Shown here: in pieces, positions 47,811 to 60,382 of the stretch | Position numbering within the stretch: position 1 is the stretch's first letter | Layout of the letters: every line of letters begins with the position of its first letter | Sequence record: OR670491 | Strand: one strand, 5' to 3' | DNA from: Escherichia phage vB_EcoM_JNE01 | DNA length: 64,000 bases | Position numbers and translations under genes: made by a program | Notes under the pieces: model-generated | Told to the model about the DNA's origin: nothing | The model's database searches: none | Seen by the model: only the letters and a program-made list of their open reading frames with translations

Positions 47811-48368
47811 ATGGCTGGTATCGATAAAATTTGTGAATTCAGTGGTGATTATGAACCAATGGGAATGTACGAAGCAAAGCGTAACCATATTCAAGTACTG
47901 TCAAAGTACCGTAAAGAATTTCGTGGAGCAGAAGCTACTCTGTACATTTTTGAAGGTGATTTACATGAGGTAAGTCCAGGAGGTTCATATTGGAAAGCTG
48001 AACTGGATGCTATCGTTTCACAACCAACCGAAGAGGATTGGAATAGTGGCAACGGATACCGTTATGGTCTTTATGAATATGGTCGCCGTAACATTTATCA
48101 GGTATTCTTCGATAACTTAGCTGGCTATAAGAAATTTGCTAAAAAACAACGCAATTTGCGTGTTATCCCAGAATACACATATGTTCTATCCGTTCCGTCA
48201 GTCCCTGGTAAAGTGGGTGGTATTTATATTAACAATACCTTTGCAATTAGCGATGTTAAACGCCGAATGAAACGCTTAATCGGTAAAAATTTGAAGATTA
48301 AAAAAGTACAAGGTGATGCATACGATTATGCACGTAACTATCTCCAACATGTTATGGTAACAGAATGA
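47811..48368 (+). CDS. hypothetical protein
   Basis: 185-aa ORF, RBS GAGG. Confidence 0.45.
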   Translation: MAGIDKICEFSGDYEPMGMYEAKRNHIQVLSKYRKEFRGAEATLYIFEGDLHEVSPGGSYWKAELDAIVSQPTEEDWNSGNGYRYGLYEYGRRNIYQVFFDNLAGYKKFAKKQRNLRVIPEYTYVLSVPSVPGKVGGIYINNTFAISDVKRRMKRLIGKNLKIKKVQGDAYDYARNYLQHVMVTE

Positions 48369-48559
48369 ATACACTAATCTTTATTAAAGATGTAGTACTT
48401 GCATTTTTGTTAACAATCGGTCTAGTTTTGATTGGTCTTATCCCACTGATTATATATCTATTAATGGGTGGTACAGATCCAGACGCGGATTATTGTTTAC
48501 GAATTTTGGGATTTGTTATCGTTGTTTTATTGATGGGTTACGTGTGTAACAGGAAATAA
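48365..48559 (+). CDS. small membrane protein
   Basis: 64 aa, two hydrophobic helices. Confidence 0.4.
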   Translation: MNTLIFIKDVVLAFLLTIGLVLIGLIPLIIYLLMGGTDPDADYCLRILGFVIVVLLMGYVCNRK

Positions 48560-48560
48560 T

Positions 48561-49367
48561 ATGGATATAGAAGAACTAGTTCTCAGTGAGTTCCGAAAAT
48601 ACATTGCATCTTGTGACCGAAGTGTGATTCGTTCATTCAACGAATACTTATTAAAATACAATGTATTAATGTTTGTTCCTATGTTTTTAGATGACAAAAG
48701 TACAGAGGAAGATGTTCCAAAGACTTTGTATATAGCCTTCTGTCATCGTAAATTGAATATGGATGAGTACGAGCACGCCGACATATGGACGGAAACAGAT
48801 GCGAACGAAACGAATACATTTTATTTGTATTCACCTTTAGCTAATGTTGTATACACTACTGAAACTAAGGCACTCTTTATCGAATCGTCTAAGATAGAAC
48901 CCATTTATCTTGAGCCAGTACCATTCAGTACTGTTGATAAGTTTCCTAAAGTTGGTGAATCACCAGACGGCTTAATGGAGTATCTAGTACTGGATTATAT
49001 GGAGTGCGATAGGATAACTTCAGAAGTAGAGGAACTAATTACATCTACCATTAATGTATTAATGACTAAATCATTAGAAGTGTATGATATATATCAAGAT
49101 ATTCATGTAACATCAAAATGTATACCTACTGGTGAATGTACATCGGTGATTAAGTTCAATGCAGAGATCTTAGGATTCGTTCGTTGTAAAGGTTATGATT
49201 TGTACAATCGTGAAATCTATGTCTTTGATAAGACTAAATGGAATGATTTGATGCAATTAATTGTAGACAACAGTGGTGTACGTGATATAATTCATTCATC
49301 AGTTCATGTGATTGATGTTACTAAAGACTGCGATGTATATTTCAAAATACCACTTTCAAAGAAATAG
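48561..49367 (+). CDS. hypothetical protein
   Basis: 268-aa ORF. Confidence 0.45.
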   Translation: MDIEELVLSEFRKYIASCDRSVIRSFNEYLLKYNVLMFVPMFLDDKSTEEDVPKTLYIAFCHRKLNMDEYEHADIWTETDANETNTFYLYSPLANVVYTTETKALFIESSKIEPIYLEPVPFSTVDKFPKVGESPDGLMEYLVLDYMECDRITSEVEELITSTINVLMTKSLEVYDIYQDIHVTSKCIPTGECTSVIKFNAEILGFVRCKGYDLYNREIYVFDKTKWNDLMQLIVDNSGVRDIIHSSVHVIDVTKDCDVYFKIPLSKK

Positions 49368-49375
49368 GTAAACAT

Positions 49376-49648
49376 ATGAAGATTCTTGAAGTTTTACATA
49401 CTTACATGGCACAGAGTACTCTTTACATTGGTAATGAGTTCAGTCCAGATCCACTTGACATGTTAGAACGTGTTAAAGCGATTTACCCTCAACTCGCGTC
49501 AAAAGAAGCGTTCGAACGTGAGATTGTACTGAATACTGACAATAAAGTACTCGATGACCAAGTTCAACAAGATGTAATTAATCTCTTGACAAAGAACGGA
49601 TATGTAGAGTATAATCCTTGTACTGTAATCATTGACTGTGAGTTATAA
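49376..49648 (+). CDS. hypothetical protein
   Basis: 90-aa ORF. Confidence 0.4.
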   Translation: MKILEVLHTYMAQSTLYIGNEFSPDPLDMLERVKAIYPQLASKEAFEREIVLNTDNKVLDDQVQQDVINLLTKNGYVEYNPCTVIIDCEL

Positions 49649-49649
49649 T

Positions 49650-49916
49650 ATGAGTACTAAAGCTGAAATGAAAGAACGTTTGGTTCTTCTAAAAGAAGAA
49701 CGTCGTATTGTACGTCTGGATTGGGATATTCTCAATGCTAAAGATGATCAGTCCTATGCAACATGGAGCAATGAGAAGGTTCGTAACGAGCGTTCTAAAG
49801 AAGATAACAAACAGTTCATGGCATTGTCCAAACGTCTATCTTCATTGAACAGTGAGATTCGTGGCCTTCAGCGTAACATCACTGATATTCTTCTAGATGA
49901 AATGAAGGATCTCTAA
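49650..49916 (+). CDS. hypothetical protein
   Basis: ATG 49650 right after upstream stop; track start is a non-ATG codon. Confidence 0.4.
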   Translation: MSTKAEMKERLVLLKEERRIVRLDWDILNAKDDQSYATWSNEKVRNERSKEDNKQFMALSKRLSSLNSEIRGLQRNITDILLDEMKDL

Positions 49917-50212
49917 TGAATAAACATGAAGTATTAGTTCTGGATGGGACATTCTTTGTCCCTACCGAAGATGCACTGAATTGTTATGACCTAATCAATA
50001 AAGTTATGGCAGCAACTAAAACATGTTGCCGTCAGACACCAGGTGAATACGAGTTCAGTCAGATGAATGGCTTTATTCGTTACCAAGAAAAAGATCATTT
50101 TGAAGTTGATAAGCAAAAAGTTATTGACATTCTGAAAAAGAACGGATATAATGAATGTATAAATAACGATACGGATTTACCAGTTGTTCGAGTTCTTTTG
50201 AAAAATACATAA
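49916..50212 (+). CDS. hypothetical protein
   Basis: 98-aa ORF. Confidence 0.4.
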   Translation: MNKHEVLVLDGTFFVPTEDALNCYDLINKVMAATKTCCRQTPGEYEFSQMNGFIRYQEKDHFEVDKQKVIDILKKNGYNECINNDTDLPVVRVLLKNT

Positions 50213-50219
50213 AAAACTC

Positions 50220-50247
50220 TGGACAAAACCTGAAGTACTGATATAAT
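50220..50247 (+). promoter_or_regulatory. putative promoter
   Basis: TGGACA, 16-bp spacer containing AGTACTGA, TATAAT. Confidence 0.4.
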
Positions 50248-50331
50248 GTATGTCATCGGCAGATACAAAAATGCAATCCATTCCTCAATGATGAGGACTT
50301 TCATAAAAAAGAAATAAAAGGGTATTATAAA

Positions 50332-50535
50332 ATGGCTAAAGAAACTAACGCACAAGTACTAGACGTAACCGACTTCGACCGCACTGTGAACTACATCAAG
50401 TTCCAGATTTCTCAAGCTGAAGAAGCTCTGGCTGAATTCCACGGTACTGGTGCAAGGCCAATCCGCTTTGCTCATCTAATCTCTTGGAAAAAATCTCTCC
50501 AAGAAGAACTAAAACGCCTAACTCACGGCGAATAA
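50332..50535 (+). CDS. hypothetical protein
   Basis: 67-aa ORF followed by terminator. Confidence 0.4.
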   Translation: MAKETNAQVLDVTDFDRTVNYIKFQISQAEEALAEFHGTGARPIRFAHLISWKKSLQEELKRLTHGE

Positions 50536-50547
50536 GTATTAACCGTC

Positions 50548-50572
50548 GCCCTGTCATATGACGGGGCTTTTT
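50548..50572 (+). terminator. rho-independent terminator
   Basis: GCCCTGTC-ATAT-GACGGGGC hairpin plus T5. Confidence 0.7.
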
Positions 50573-50603
50573 AATCACAATCAAATCCTAAAGGTAAAAA
50601 TCA

Positions 50604-51080
50604 ATGGGTATCGAATATATGTTTCTCTTCTTCTGCTTAGGTACACTGGCAGTGATTACATCAGGGTTAGTACTGAACACTTTAATCAGTGGTTCGAAGT
50701 ACTTTGTTACATTCCAATTGCTCATGTCTGCGACTCAATATAACAAAACATCTGAAGAAACTATTTCTTTACTACTCGAAAAGGTTTCAGCAAATTTAGT
50801 GGTTGCGAGTTTGTCATCGACTGAATCCAGAATTGAGTTTATGGATATAAATACAAACGAAGTAGTTGCAGAGATTTTTATTGGTAACAAATATTATTTC
50901 TATGGTACATTACAAAAATACTATGGAAAAACAATGACTGAATTATCAAGAAAACGCCCAGCAATCAAAACACTGAAACGTATTATCAAGTTGGAAAAAC
51001 AACTACTAGGTGACCGCACCGAAAATAAAGAACCACCAGTACAAAATAATAAAAAGAAAAATGTTGTGGAGCTACAATAA
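50604..51080 (+). CDS. membrane protein
   Basis: 158 aa, two N-terminal hydrophobic helices. Confidence 0.45.
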   Translation: MGIEYMFLFFCLGTLAVITSGLVLNTLISGSKYFVTFQLLMSATQYNKTSEETISLLLEKVSANLVVASLSSTESRIEFMDINTNEVVAEIFIGNKYYFYGTLQKYYGKTMTELSRKRPAIKTLKRIIKLEKQLLGDRTENKEPPVQNNKKKNVVELQ

Positions 51081-51373
51081 TGACACCAGAAGAATCCAAA
51101 CGAATATTGATTGATGTTCAAGAAGGTCTACTCAATATTATGGGATTAGTAAAAGATTTACCTCAAGGTTATCAGTTTAAAGTTCGTGAAATGTTATCAT
51201 GTGCAGAGACAGTAGTTTCAATGTATAATGATATTCAGCATGGTACTATCCCTGATATCCTAACTGAAAAATCAGAGAAGATTGAAGTTTTAGAAGTACC
51301 ACCTGAAGTTAAACAAGAACCACTTCCACCACGAACTGTATTAAAAATCGAAGACTTCGATTTAGACGACTAA
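51080..51373 (+). CDS. hypothetical protein
   Basis: 97-aa ORF. Confidence 0.4.
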   Translation: MTPEESKRILIDVQEGLLNIMGLVKDLPQGYQFKVREMLSCAETVVSMYNDIQHGTIPDILTEKSEKIEVLEVPPEVKQEPLPPRTVLKIEDFDLDD

Positions 51374-51384
51374 CAGGAGAAATA

Positions 51385-51528
51385 ATGAGTAATCAAACGT
51401 GTGATTTAGTACAAAAACTTTTAGAGATTCAAGCACAAGGAAAGCAGCTTGACGAAAAACGAGCCAAGATGATTGATGACCTATGTGCTTCTATCCTAGC
51501 AGTATTTGCTGATAGCAAGAAAGATTAA
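51385..51528 (+). CDS. small hypothetical protein (47 aa)
   Basis: Strong RBS AGGAG; not in track (under 60 aa). Confidence 0.35.
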   Translation: MSNQTCDLVQKLLEIQAQGKQLDEKRAKMIDDLCASILAVFADSKKD

Positions 51529-51544
51529 TCATTATTTTAAATAG

Positions 51545-51571
51545 CCCAGTCTTAGTACTGGGTATTTTTTT
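51545..51571 (+). terminator. rho-independent terminator
   Basis: CCCAGT-loop-ACTGGG hairpin plus T7. Confidence 0.6.
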
Positions 51572-51583
51572 AGGTAAATTATC

Positions 51584-51970
51584 ATGAACAAAGAAGAGAT
51601 CACGAACCTTATTAAATCAATATATGAAGAGGTCCAGGACGCAAAGAATATTTGTCAACACAGAACAGGTTACTCAACCGTAGGTGAAGTAGAAACTTTG
51701 AAGCTTGCGTTATGGACACCTGACCATCTTAACTACGTGGATTGTATAATCCATCGACAAGACACAGGTGGTTATTACTTTATATCCAATTATAACGCAG
51801 ACAAACAATCTCATTTTTATGTGGAGTTTTATCCACATGCGTTTCATCTAGTACAATCCGAAGAGGATGAATTTCAAAAACTCACCACTATAGGAACTGA
51901 TGAGAAATGCATTCCCTTTGAACTCTATGAAAAGATGCAGTACATTACTAGTGTTATGATGGCATATTGA
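51584..51970 (+). CDS. family-A paralog (divergent)
   Basis: C-terminal EEDEFQKLTTIGTD. Confidence 0.45.
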   Translation: MNKEEITNLIKSIYEEVQDAKNICQHRTGYSTVGEVETLKLALWTPDHLNYVDCIIHRQDTGGYYFISNYNADKQSHFYVEFYPHAFHLVQSEEDEFQKLTTIGTDEKCIPFELYEKMQYITSVMMAY

Positions 51971-52020
51971 CTAGTACTGAAAACTGTGCTATTCTTGTGT
52001 TTTAAATAGGAGATATTTTT

Positions 52021-52524
52021 ATGCTCATTACACATGTACCTGAAAGCATTACTGAAATTCTAAACAAAGTTAATGTTAATGAATTTGAACGAACTGTAAG
52101 AAAACATGATACTTACCACTATAAGCACAAAGATGGCGAACACCAAATAAACATAGATCTTAGTTATCAAACACTAACAATTAAAATGGTAACACGTTGG
52201 AACTTTGTTCGCAAAGACAGTATTATGCTTAATTTGGATAAAGGTATTATTAGAAAATTCTTCTCTGAATCAAATGGTATCTATCCAAACAATAATAGAA
52301 TTTTAACATATCAGTACTTAACTGATGAAGCTGTACATTTCCAGGAGAGCTTAATTTGTGATAACAAGTACTTTCCTAGTATGTCTGATGTTTTGAAATT
52401 AAAAGAACTATATGACTATTACTATAATGATACTAACCTTTGGGATGAAGAAATGGAAAAACGTCAAAGGGAACGTAACAAAAATAAAGTCTGGACTGGT
52501 TCACATTGGATGACACGAAAATGA
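52021..52524 (+). CDS. family-A paralog (divergent)
   Basis: C-terminal DEAVHFQESLICDN; RBS AGGAG. Confidence 0.45.
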   Translation: MLITHVPESITEILNKVNVNEFERTVRKHDTYHYKHKDGEHQINIDLSYQTLTIKMVTRWNFVRKDSIMLNLDKGIIRKFFSESNGIYPNNNRILTYQYLTDEAVHFQESLICDNKYFPSMSDVLKLKELYDYYYNDTNLWDEEMEKRQRERNKNKVWTGSHWMTRK

Positions 52525-52934
52525 ATCAATGCTACGAAATTAATGTAACAAAACCTGAAACAAGCACTTTGGAAGCGTTGGAAGACACATTAACAGTACT
52601 ACAATCTCCTGACAAAGAAACATCATTAGTAACCATTGAATACAAGGATTGTACGGTTGATGCTGGGAAACATCCAGAGTGGAAAGCACACCAATATTAC
52701 TCAATATACATTCGCTATGAAAATTTCATAACTGATATGGCCTACGCAGAGGACTATCTGTTACTGGAGAATCATTTTGTATTCAAACAAAAAGAATACA
52801 TGTATTGTACTCCTGAATATCTCGAAGAAGAAGAATTTCAGTATTCTTTGGTGCAGGATGAAGTTGAGTACAACAAAGTATTAGTACTGTCAAAAATACA
52901 TAAAATACTAAAGGATAAATATGTCACACAGTGA
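52521..52934 (+). CDS. family-A paralog
   Basis: C-terminal EEEEFQYSLVQDEV; ATG 52521 overlaps upstream stop. Confidence 0.45.
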   Translation: MNQCYEINVTKPETSTLEALEDTLTVLQSPDKETSLVTIEYKDCTVDAGKHPEWKAHQYYSIYIRYENFITDMAYAEDYLLLENHFVFKQKEYMYCTPEYLEEEEFQYSLVQDEVEYNKVLVLSKIHKILKDKYVTQ

Positions 52935-53091
52935 ATGGATGTACTTTATGAAACAAAAATATGCACCGCCTTTAAACGAAAGTATTAGCTACATTCACTG
53001 GAATGTAATCAAAAACCCTTCGTTATATAAACGATATTTCGTAGAACCAAATACTGGTTGGTTTTTAATGGAACTTATTTTTAGGGATTAA
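52921..53091 (+). CDS. family-B mini-protein (MSHSEWM...)
   Basis: 56-aa ORF, first of a tandem array; not in track. Confidence 0.4.
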   Translation: MSHSEWMYFMKQKYAPPLNESISYIHWNVIKNPSLYKRYFVEPNTGWFLMELIFRD

Positions 53092-53093
53092 TC

Positions 53094-53255
53094 ATGACAC
53101 ATGAAATTTGGTTAAACTTAATGGCACACGATTTAAAACGAAGTATTAAACACTGGGATCTATATCTGATGATGACTATCAATTCACCTGTGTACTATAA
53201 ATCTGTACTAGATGCTTCGGCCCTTACTTTCATTGCAATTTCTATGAGTAGATAA
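53094..53255 (+). CDS. family-B mini-protein (MTHEIWL...)
   Basis: 53-aa ORF; not in track. Confidence 0.4.
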   Translation: MTHEIWLNLMAHDLKRSIKHWDLYLMMTINSPVYYKSVLDASALTFIAISMSR

Positions 53256-53256
53256 T

Positions 53257-53421
53257 ATGTCATACGATGAATGGTTTGGTATGTGTCTCAAGAGATATTA
53301 CGGAGACATATACTATTTTGAGAATTTCATTTATAATTGTTTACGAAATAAAGATGAATACTATTCTAATATAGTTGTAAATGACGATTTCAGTACTTAC
53401 ATAGGTATATGTTTATCATGA
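53257..53421 (+). CDS. family-B mini-protein (MSYDEWF...)
   Basis: 54-aa ORF; not in track. Confidence 0.4.
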   Translation: MSYDEWFGMCLKRYYGDIYYFENFIYNCLRNKDEYYSNIVVNDDFSTYIGICLS

Positions 53422-53429
53422 GGTAACTA

Positions 53430-53615
53430 ATGACATATCAAGACTGGATTGAACGAATGGACAGAATCTTTGCCAATGACGTTTTTTATTTCAGAACAGG
53501 GGGTCTGGATAAAAGCATCAAAGACGATACTCTGTTTACCAGATGTATCATTGACTATCTGGATTGTTATGGTACAATGTATGGTATTGCCCGTACTACG
53601 GATAAAGATGAATGA
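53430..53615 (+). CDS. family-B mini-protein (MTYQDWI...)
   Basis: 61-aa track ORF. Confidence 0.45.
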   Translation: MTYQDWIERMDRIFANDVFYFRTGGLDKSIKDDTLFTRCIIDYLDCYGTMYGIARTTDKDE

Positions 53616-53785
53616 CACATAAAGAATGGTTGGTACAAACTAAACACTCGGTTATACCAGGTATGAAATTTTGGAATGAACAGTTGATGCACTTCGTAAG
53701 TAATAAAGTGTATTACGATGCATTCTTTGGAAAACATGCTACAATTGAGGTTCATGTGTATTATGCTATTGCATTTAGTGATTAA
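53612..53785 (+). CDS. family-B mini-protein (MTHKEWL...)
   Basis: 57-aa ORF, ATGA overlap; not in track. Confidence 0.4.
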   Translation: MTHKEWLVQTKHSVIPGMKFWNEQLMHFVSNKVYYDAFFGKHATIEVHVYYAIAFSD

Positions 53786-53788
53786 TTT

Positions 53789-53953
53789 ATGAAATATGAC
53801 CATTTAAAATACTATGCTGATAGAATAAATTATTATCCCTTTTATATAAGAAGCTTAGATGCATTAATATCAAAAAAAGTTGTATATAAACGATCTCAAG
53901 CTGATCTAACCAATATAGCATTCATTCTTGCAGTACTGTCTAAAATGGGATAA
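53789..53953 (+). CDS. family-B-like mini-protein (MKYDHLKYY...)
   Basis: 54-aa ORF, same size and aromatic-rich composition, divergent N-terminus. Confidence 0.3.
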   Translation: MKYDHLKYYADRINYYPFYIRSLDALISKKVVYKRSQADLTNIAFILAVLSKMG

Positions 53954-53978
53954 TGTTAAATTAGGATGAATACAAAAT

Positions 53979-54170
53979 ATGACACATGAACAATGGATGA
54001 AACAATTCAGTGAGGATTATAAAGCTGCCATATCCTTTTATGGAAAAAGATTCAACTATCTTTTTTGTAGTGAATATCATTATAGAAATATAGTTCTTTA
54101 TGAACAAACAGAAGGTGAAAAAGCTGCCGACCATTGGGTTGTAATGTACATCCTTGCTATGTCAAAATAA
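53979..54170 (+). CDS. family-B mini-protein (MTHEQWM...)
   Basis: 63-aa track ORF. Confidence 0.45.
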   Translation: MTHEQWMKQFSEDYKAAISFYGKRFNYLFCSEYHYRNIVLYEQTEGEKAADHWVVMYILAMSK

Positions 54171-54281
54171 CACAAAAAATATTTTAATAAATATATAGAC
54201 AATAGCGTTATATGAGATATAATGTTTGTCGTGAAGGAGAAAAGCATGATCGATGAATTCGACGGCTTTTAAATAATACAT

Positions 54282-54455
<174 letters not shown>

Positions 54456-54459
54456 TTTT

Positions 54460-54849
54460 ATGCATAGTACTGATGTGATATTACACGGAGTGAGATGTAC
54501 AAATTTACTTTTGGTATCATATATACCAGCACGTGTAAATCGCCAAGACATGGTATATCCAACTTCTAATACAGCAGTGCTAAAAGATGATACACAACTC
54601 GCCTACCGTTATACATTCGCTTATTCACCATATAGTGCTTTGCATGTTATCTTCAAAGAAGATGGTACAGTACAAGTGAAATATGTTGATAATGATCAGT
54701 TTAACGATGCTATCATCTCCAACTTCACTATACATGATACTGAAGAAGAGTTATTCATGAAAAGTACTATACAAAATGATTTTGGTATAGGCACTAAAGA
54801 AATTGAAACATTTCGCTTGATCTGGGATGAGTATTTTGGTACAATTTAG
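54460..54849 (+). CDS. family-A paralog
   Basis: C-terminal TEEELFMKSTIQND; ATG 54460 (track GTG start would lie inside the tRNA-like element). Confidence 0.5.
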   Translation: MHSTDVILHGVRCTNLLLVSYIPARVNRQDMVYPTSNTAVLKDDTQLAYRYTFAYSPYSALHVIFKEDGTVQVKYVDNDQFNDAIISNFTIHDTEEELFMKSTIQNDFGIGTKEIETFRLIWDEYFGTI

Positions 54850-54881
54850 TACTGATAAATATTAATGAAAGGTATAGAGAA

Positions 54882-55079
54882 ATGACTAAATCCGAACTTC
54901 TGGCTTTATTAGAAAATTATCCAGATGATGCATGTATTGAAGTAGTTCACACTGCACAACATTTTGACATTGAAGATGTTGTACGATACAATGACAAAGG
55001 TGTGATGATTATGGAACTATGTATCGGTGCTTTGAAAACTGTGCCAGAATCAACTAAACGAAAATCCCAAAAGGAATAA
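54882..55079 (+). CDS. hypothetical protein
   Basis: 65-aa ORF, RBS AGGTATAGAG. Confidence 0.4.
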   Translation: MTKSELLALLENYPDDACIEVVHTAQHFDIEDVVRYNDKGVMIMELCIGALKTVPESTKRKSQKE

Positions 55080-55085
55080 AATATT

Positions 55086-55319
55086 ATGGAAACTAATACA
55101 ATTTTAGATGTAGTAAACAGTGTTAATACTGGTGACTTTGTTCACATTCTTTTATCCAACATCCGCGTTAAGGGTATTGTTGAAAGTGTTGATTCTGAAG
55201 TTCTAACTATTGTTGAAGTTGATCCATACGACAATAATAAATCAGTTCGTCTGTGCATTGATGTTTCCAAAATTGTAGCACTCGGTACAGAAATTATTAC
55301 TGAAGAAACTAATCTATAA
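55086..55319 (+). CDS. hypothetical protein
   Basis: 77-aa ORF, RBS AAGGA. Confidence 0.4.
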   Translation: METNTILDVVNSVNTGDFVHILLSNIRVKGIVESVDSEVLTIVEVDPYDNNKSVRLCIDVSKIVALGTEIITEETNL

Positions 55320-55330
55320 AACGACAATAA

Positions 55331-55407
<77 letters not shown>

Positions 55408-55460
55408 CTTAAGAGGATTTAATATGTTTAAAGATGAACGTCCAGATTTGTAAATAATCA

Positions 55461-55489
55461 TTGACTAAATAATCCAGTACTGATAAAAT
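55461..55489 (+). promoter_or_regulatory. tRNA promoter, variant of the 29-bp repeat
   Basis: TTGACT, 17-bp spacer containing CCAGTACTGA, TAAAAT; tRNA-Ser 5' end lies 7 nt downstream. Confidence 0.6.
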
Positions 55490-55495
55490 AAATTT

Positions 55496-55582
<87 letters not shown>

Positions 55583-55589
55583 TCAATAT

Positions 55590-55671
<82 letters not shown>

Positions 55672-55692
55672 ATTTTAATTTAAGGTGTATCC

Positions 55693-55857
55693 ATGACGCA
55701 TGAAGAATGGATGAATGATATTAATTTTAGATATTCGGGTATCGGTAGTTGGCGAAAATATCATTGGGAAATTATATCAGACCCAGCAGAATACGATAAA
55801 CTTATAAACCATGAAGTATATCCGTGGTTCTTTATTGAAATAATGGTACGAATATGA
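55693..55857 (+). CDS. family-B mini-protein (MTHEEWMNDINFRY...)
   Basis: 54-aa ORF; near-identical 5' end to the next two copies. Confidence 0.45.
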   Translation: MTHEEWMNDINFRYSGIGSWRKYHWEIISDPAEYDKLINHEVYPWFFIEIMVRI

Positions 55858-56018
55858 CGCATGAAGAATGGATGAATGACATTAATTTTAGATATTCGGG
55901 TTTCGGTAAATGGCTAAAGTATCATTGGGAATTTATTACTGATCCTCAAATGTACGATAAACTTATAAATGATCAAGCATATGAAATTTACTTATTTGAA
56001 ATACTGGTCAGAACATGA
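55854..56018 (+). CDS. family-B mini-protein (MTHEEWMNDINFRY...)
   Basis: 54-aa ORF, ATGA overlap; tandem duplicate of the previous gene. Confidence 0.45.
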   Translation: MTHEEWMNDINFRYSGFGKWLKYHWEFITDPQMYDKLINDQAYEIYLFEILVRT

Positions 56019-56179
56019 CGCATGAAGAATGGATGAGAAAACAAAAGCTAACATGGAATCCTTATTGTTACCAGTTAGACCCAAGAATGTGGGATGTGAT
56101 ACGTATTAAATGTATGTACAAATCATTTCTTGGTGATATAATGGATGTTGAAGTACTGATGAATTTAGTACATCGATAA
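56015..56179 (+). CDS. family-B mini-protein (MTHEEWMRKQK...)
   Basis: 54-aa ORF, ATGA overlap. Confidence 0.45.
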   Translation: MTHEEWMRKQKLTWNPYCYQLDPRMWDVIRIKCMYKSFLGDIMDVEVLMNLVHR

Positions 56180-56209
56180 TAAAAATCTTATTTAAATGGG
56201 ATTGATATC

Positions 56210-56571
<362 letters not shown>

Positions 56572-56575
<4 letters not shown>

Positions 56576-56600
56576 CTAAATAGTTCAGTACTGATAAAAT
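56572..56600 (+). promoter_or_regulatory. copy of the 29-bp promoter repeat
   Basis: TTGACTAAATAGTTCAGTACTGATAAAAT; -35 TTGACT, 17-bp spacer, -10 TAAAAT. Confidence 0.6.
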
Positions 56601-56757
56601 GGTAAGGCGTGGAAATATGTTTACAGTAGTTACATAGTAGCCTGTACGCCCCACGTCAAGGTAGCCGAAAGGCAAGTTAAAAAGGGTGGTTATAAAGCTG
56701 AATTAACAGCGGCGTTTAAAAGCGTCACCATCCATTTTTTTAATTAAAGTTGGTGAT

Positions 56758-57259
<502 letters not shown>

Positions 57260-57264
57260 AAATC

Positions 57265-57354
57265 GGTCCCGTTGCCTAGCGTCCGAAGGCAGCCGACTCA
57301 TAATCGGTCACAGTTAATGACACGCCACTGGTTAGAATCCAGTCGGGACCACCA
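57265..57354 (+). tRNA. tRNA with CAT anticodon (Met or Ile2), atypically long
   Basis: Perfect acceptor GGTCCCG/CGGGACC, anticodon stem GCCGA/TCGGT with loop CTCATAA, T-arm ACTGG-TTAGAAT-CCAGT, encoded CCA; 18-nt variable region. Confidence 0.5.
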
Positions 57355-57358
57355 ATTA

Positions 57359-57431
57359 GACTCTGTAGTTCAGTTGGTAGAACGCTTCACTCATAATGAA
57401 GAAGTCGCTGGTTCAATCCCAGTACTGACCA
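57359..57431 (+). tRNA. tRNA-like gene with CAT anticodon, acceptor stem unpaired
   Basis: Textbook D-arm GTTC-AGTTGGTA-GAAC and anticodon arm CTTCA-CTCATAA-TGAAG, T-loop TTCAATC; 5' and 3' acceptor strands do not pair as read. Confidence 0.4.
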
Positions 57432-57439
57432 CAAAAAAA

Positions 57440-59137
<1,698 letters not shown>

Positions 59138-59218
59138 AATATTCTCCTGAATTTTCTAAAAGTTATAATAATATTTAGTTACAATATTTATGATATAGAT
59201 TAAAAAGTTGAAATGTGT

Positions 59219-59247
59219 TCAAAAATGTGGTATAATACCTCTGTTGT
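59219..59247 (+). promoter_or_regulatory. sigma70-type promoter with extended -10
   Basis: TTGAAA, 17-bp spacer, TGG-TATAAT. Confidence 0.55.
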
Positions 59248-59252
59248 TCACG

Positions 59253-59486
<234 letters not shown>

Positions 59487-59559
59487 CTTTTTAATTTAAA
59501 AGTACTTTACTGTAGTGTTTAGTATCGTATATTGTAATCAAAAGGATATAATAAAACTC

Positions 59560-60084
59560 ATGGAGAGAGTTGAAGAATGGCGTGATGTTGTTGGTTATGA
59601 AGACCATTTCCAAGTTAGTAACAAAGGTAGAATTTACAGCAAAAGAACAAATAAAATTTTAGTTCAAGGTACTAATAAAAAAGGTTATAAAGTATTAAGT
59701 ACTAGAATTGGTGGAAGAACTGGAGTATGTAAGTGTTTTAGGGTTCATATTTTAGTGGCTCAAGCATTTATATCAAATCCACATAATAAGCCCATTGTAA
59801 ACCATAAAGATGGCAATAAACAAAACAACGAAGACTGGAATTTAGAATGGTCTACATATAGTGAGAATACTAATCATGCTTATAAAAATGGTTTAACAAT
59901 ACCATTAAAAGGAACTGAACAAGTTCAATCCAAATTAACCGAAGATGATGTTAGATACATACGTTCAGTGTATAAACCATATGATAAAACATATGGTGCA
60001 TCTATGTTAGCAAAACAATTTGGTGTACATCATAGTTTAATATCGGATATAGCATCACATAAATCATGGAAGCATGTTAAGTAA
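59560..60084 (+). CDS. HNH homing endonuclease
   Basis: NUMOD4-like GYEDHFQVSNKGRIYS, HNH core VNHKDGNKQNN...ENTNHA, C-terminal HTH; ATG 59560 (track start 59515 is GTG). Confidence 0.8.
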   Translation: MERVEEWRDVVGYEDHFQVSNKGRIYSKRTNKILVQGTNKKGYKVLSTRIGGRTGVCKCFRVHILVAQAFISNPHNKPIVNHKDGNKQNNEDWNLEWSTYSENTNHAYKNGLTIPLKGTEQVQSKLTEDDVRYIRSVYKPYDKTYGASMLAKQFGVHHSLISDIASHKSWKHVK

Positions 60085-60103
60085 TAAAAAAACAGTACTG
60101 AAC

Positions 60104-60135
<32 letters not shown>

Positions 60136-60146
60136 CAAACATATTC

Positions 60147-60222
60147 GGCCCTGTATACAATCCAGGAATGTACTCTGCTCATAACAGATGTAAGGTCGGG
60201 GCAGCACCGACCAGGGCCACCA
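60147..60222 (+). tRNA. tRNA-like gene with CAT anticodon and non-canonical T-loop
   Basis: 76 nt incl. CCA; perfect acceptor GGCCCTG/CAGGGCC, D-stem TACA/TGTA, anticodon loop CTCATAA, T-stem GTCGG/CCGAC with loop GGCAGCA. Confidence 0.45.
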
Positions 60223-60382
60223 ATTTTGGACACATTAATCTTCGATGGTAATGCTGGTTAATATCTTACGGCTGTAAAATGCAATACATTACATATTGCT
60301 TCAGGTACAGAGATATAAAGATTAATTAATAAGGTATCCTTATTTTGTCCAATCCTTAATAACTAGAAATGGTGGGAAAGAA

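Noticed and set aside
54233-54270. Eight-codon mini-ORF with strong RBS AAGGAG just upstream of tRNA-Leu
   Set aside because: Too short to support as a gene; possibly a leader peptide, but no evidence from sequence alone.
56602-56757. Possible small RNA downstream of the promoter copy at 56572
   Set aside because: The region has a GNRA-type hairpin (GCC-GAAA-GGC) but no tRNA-like fold; it may simply be the 5' UTR of the family-A gene at 56758.
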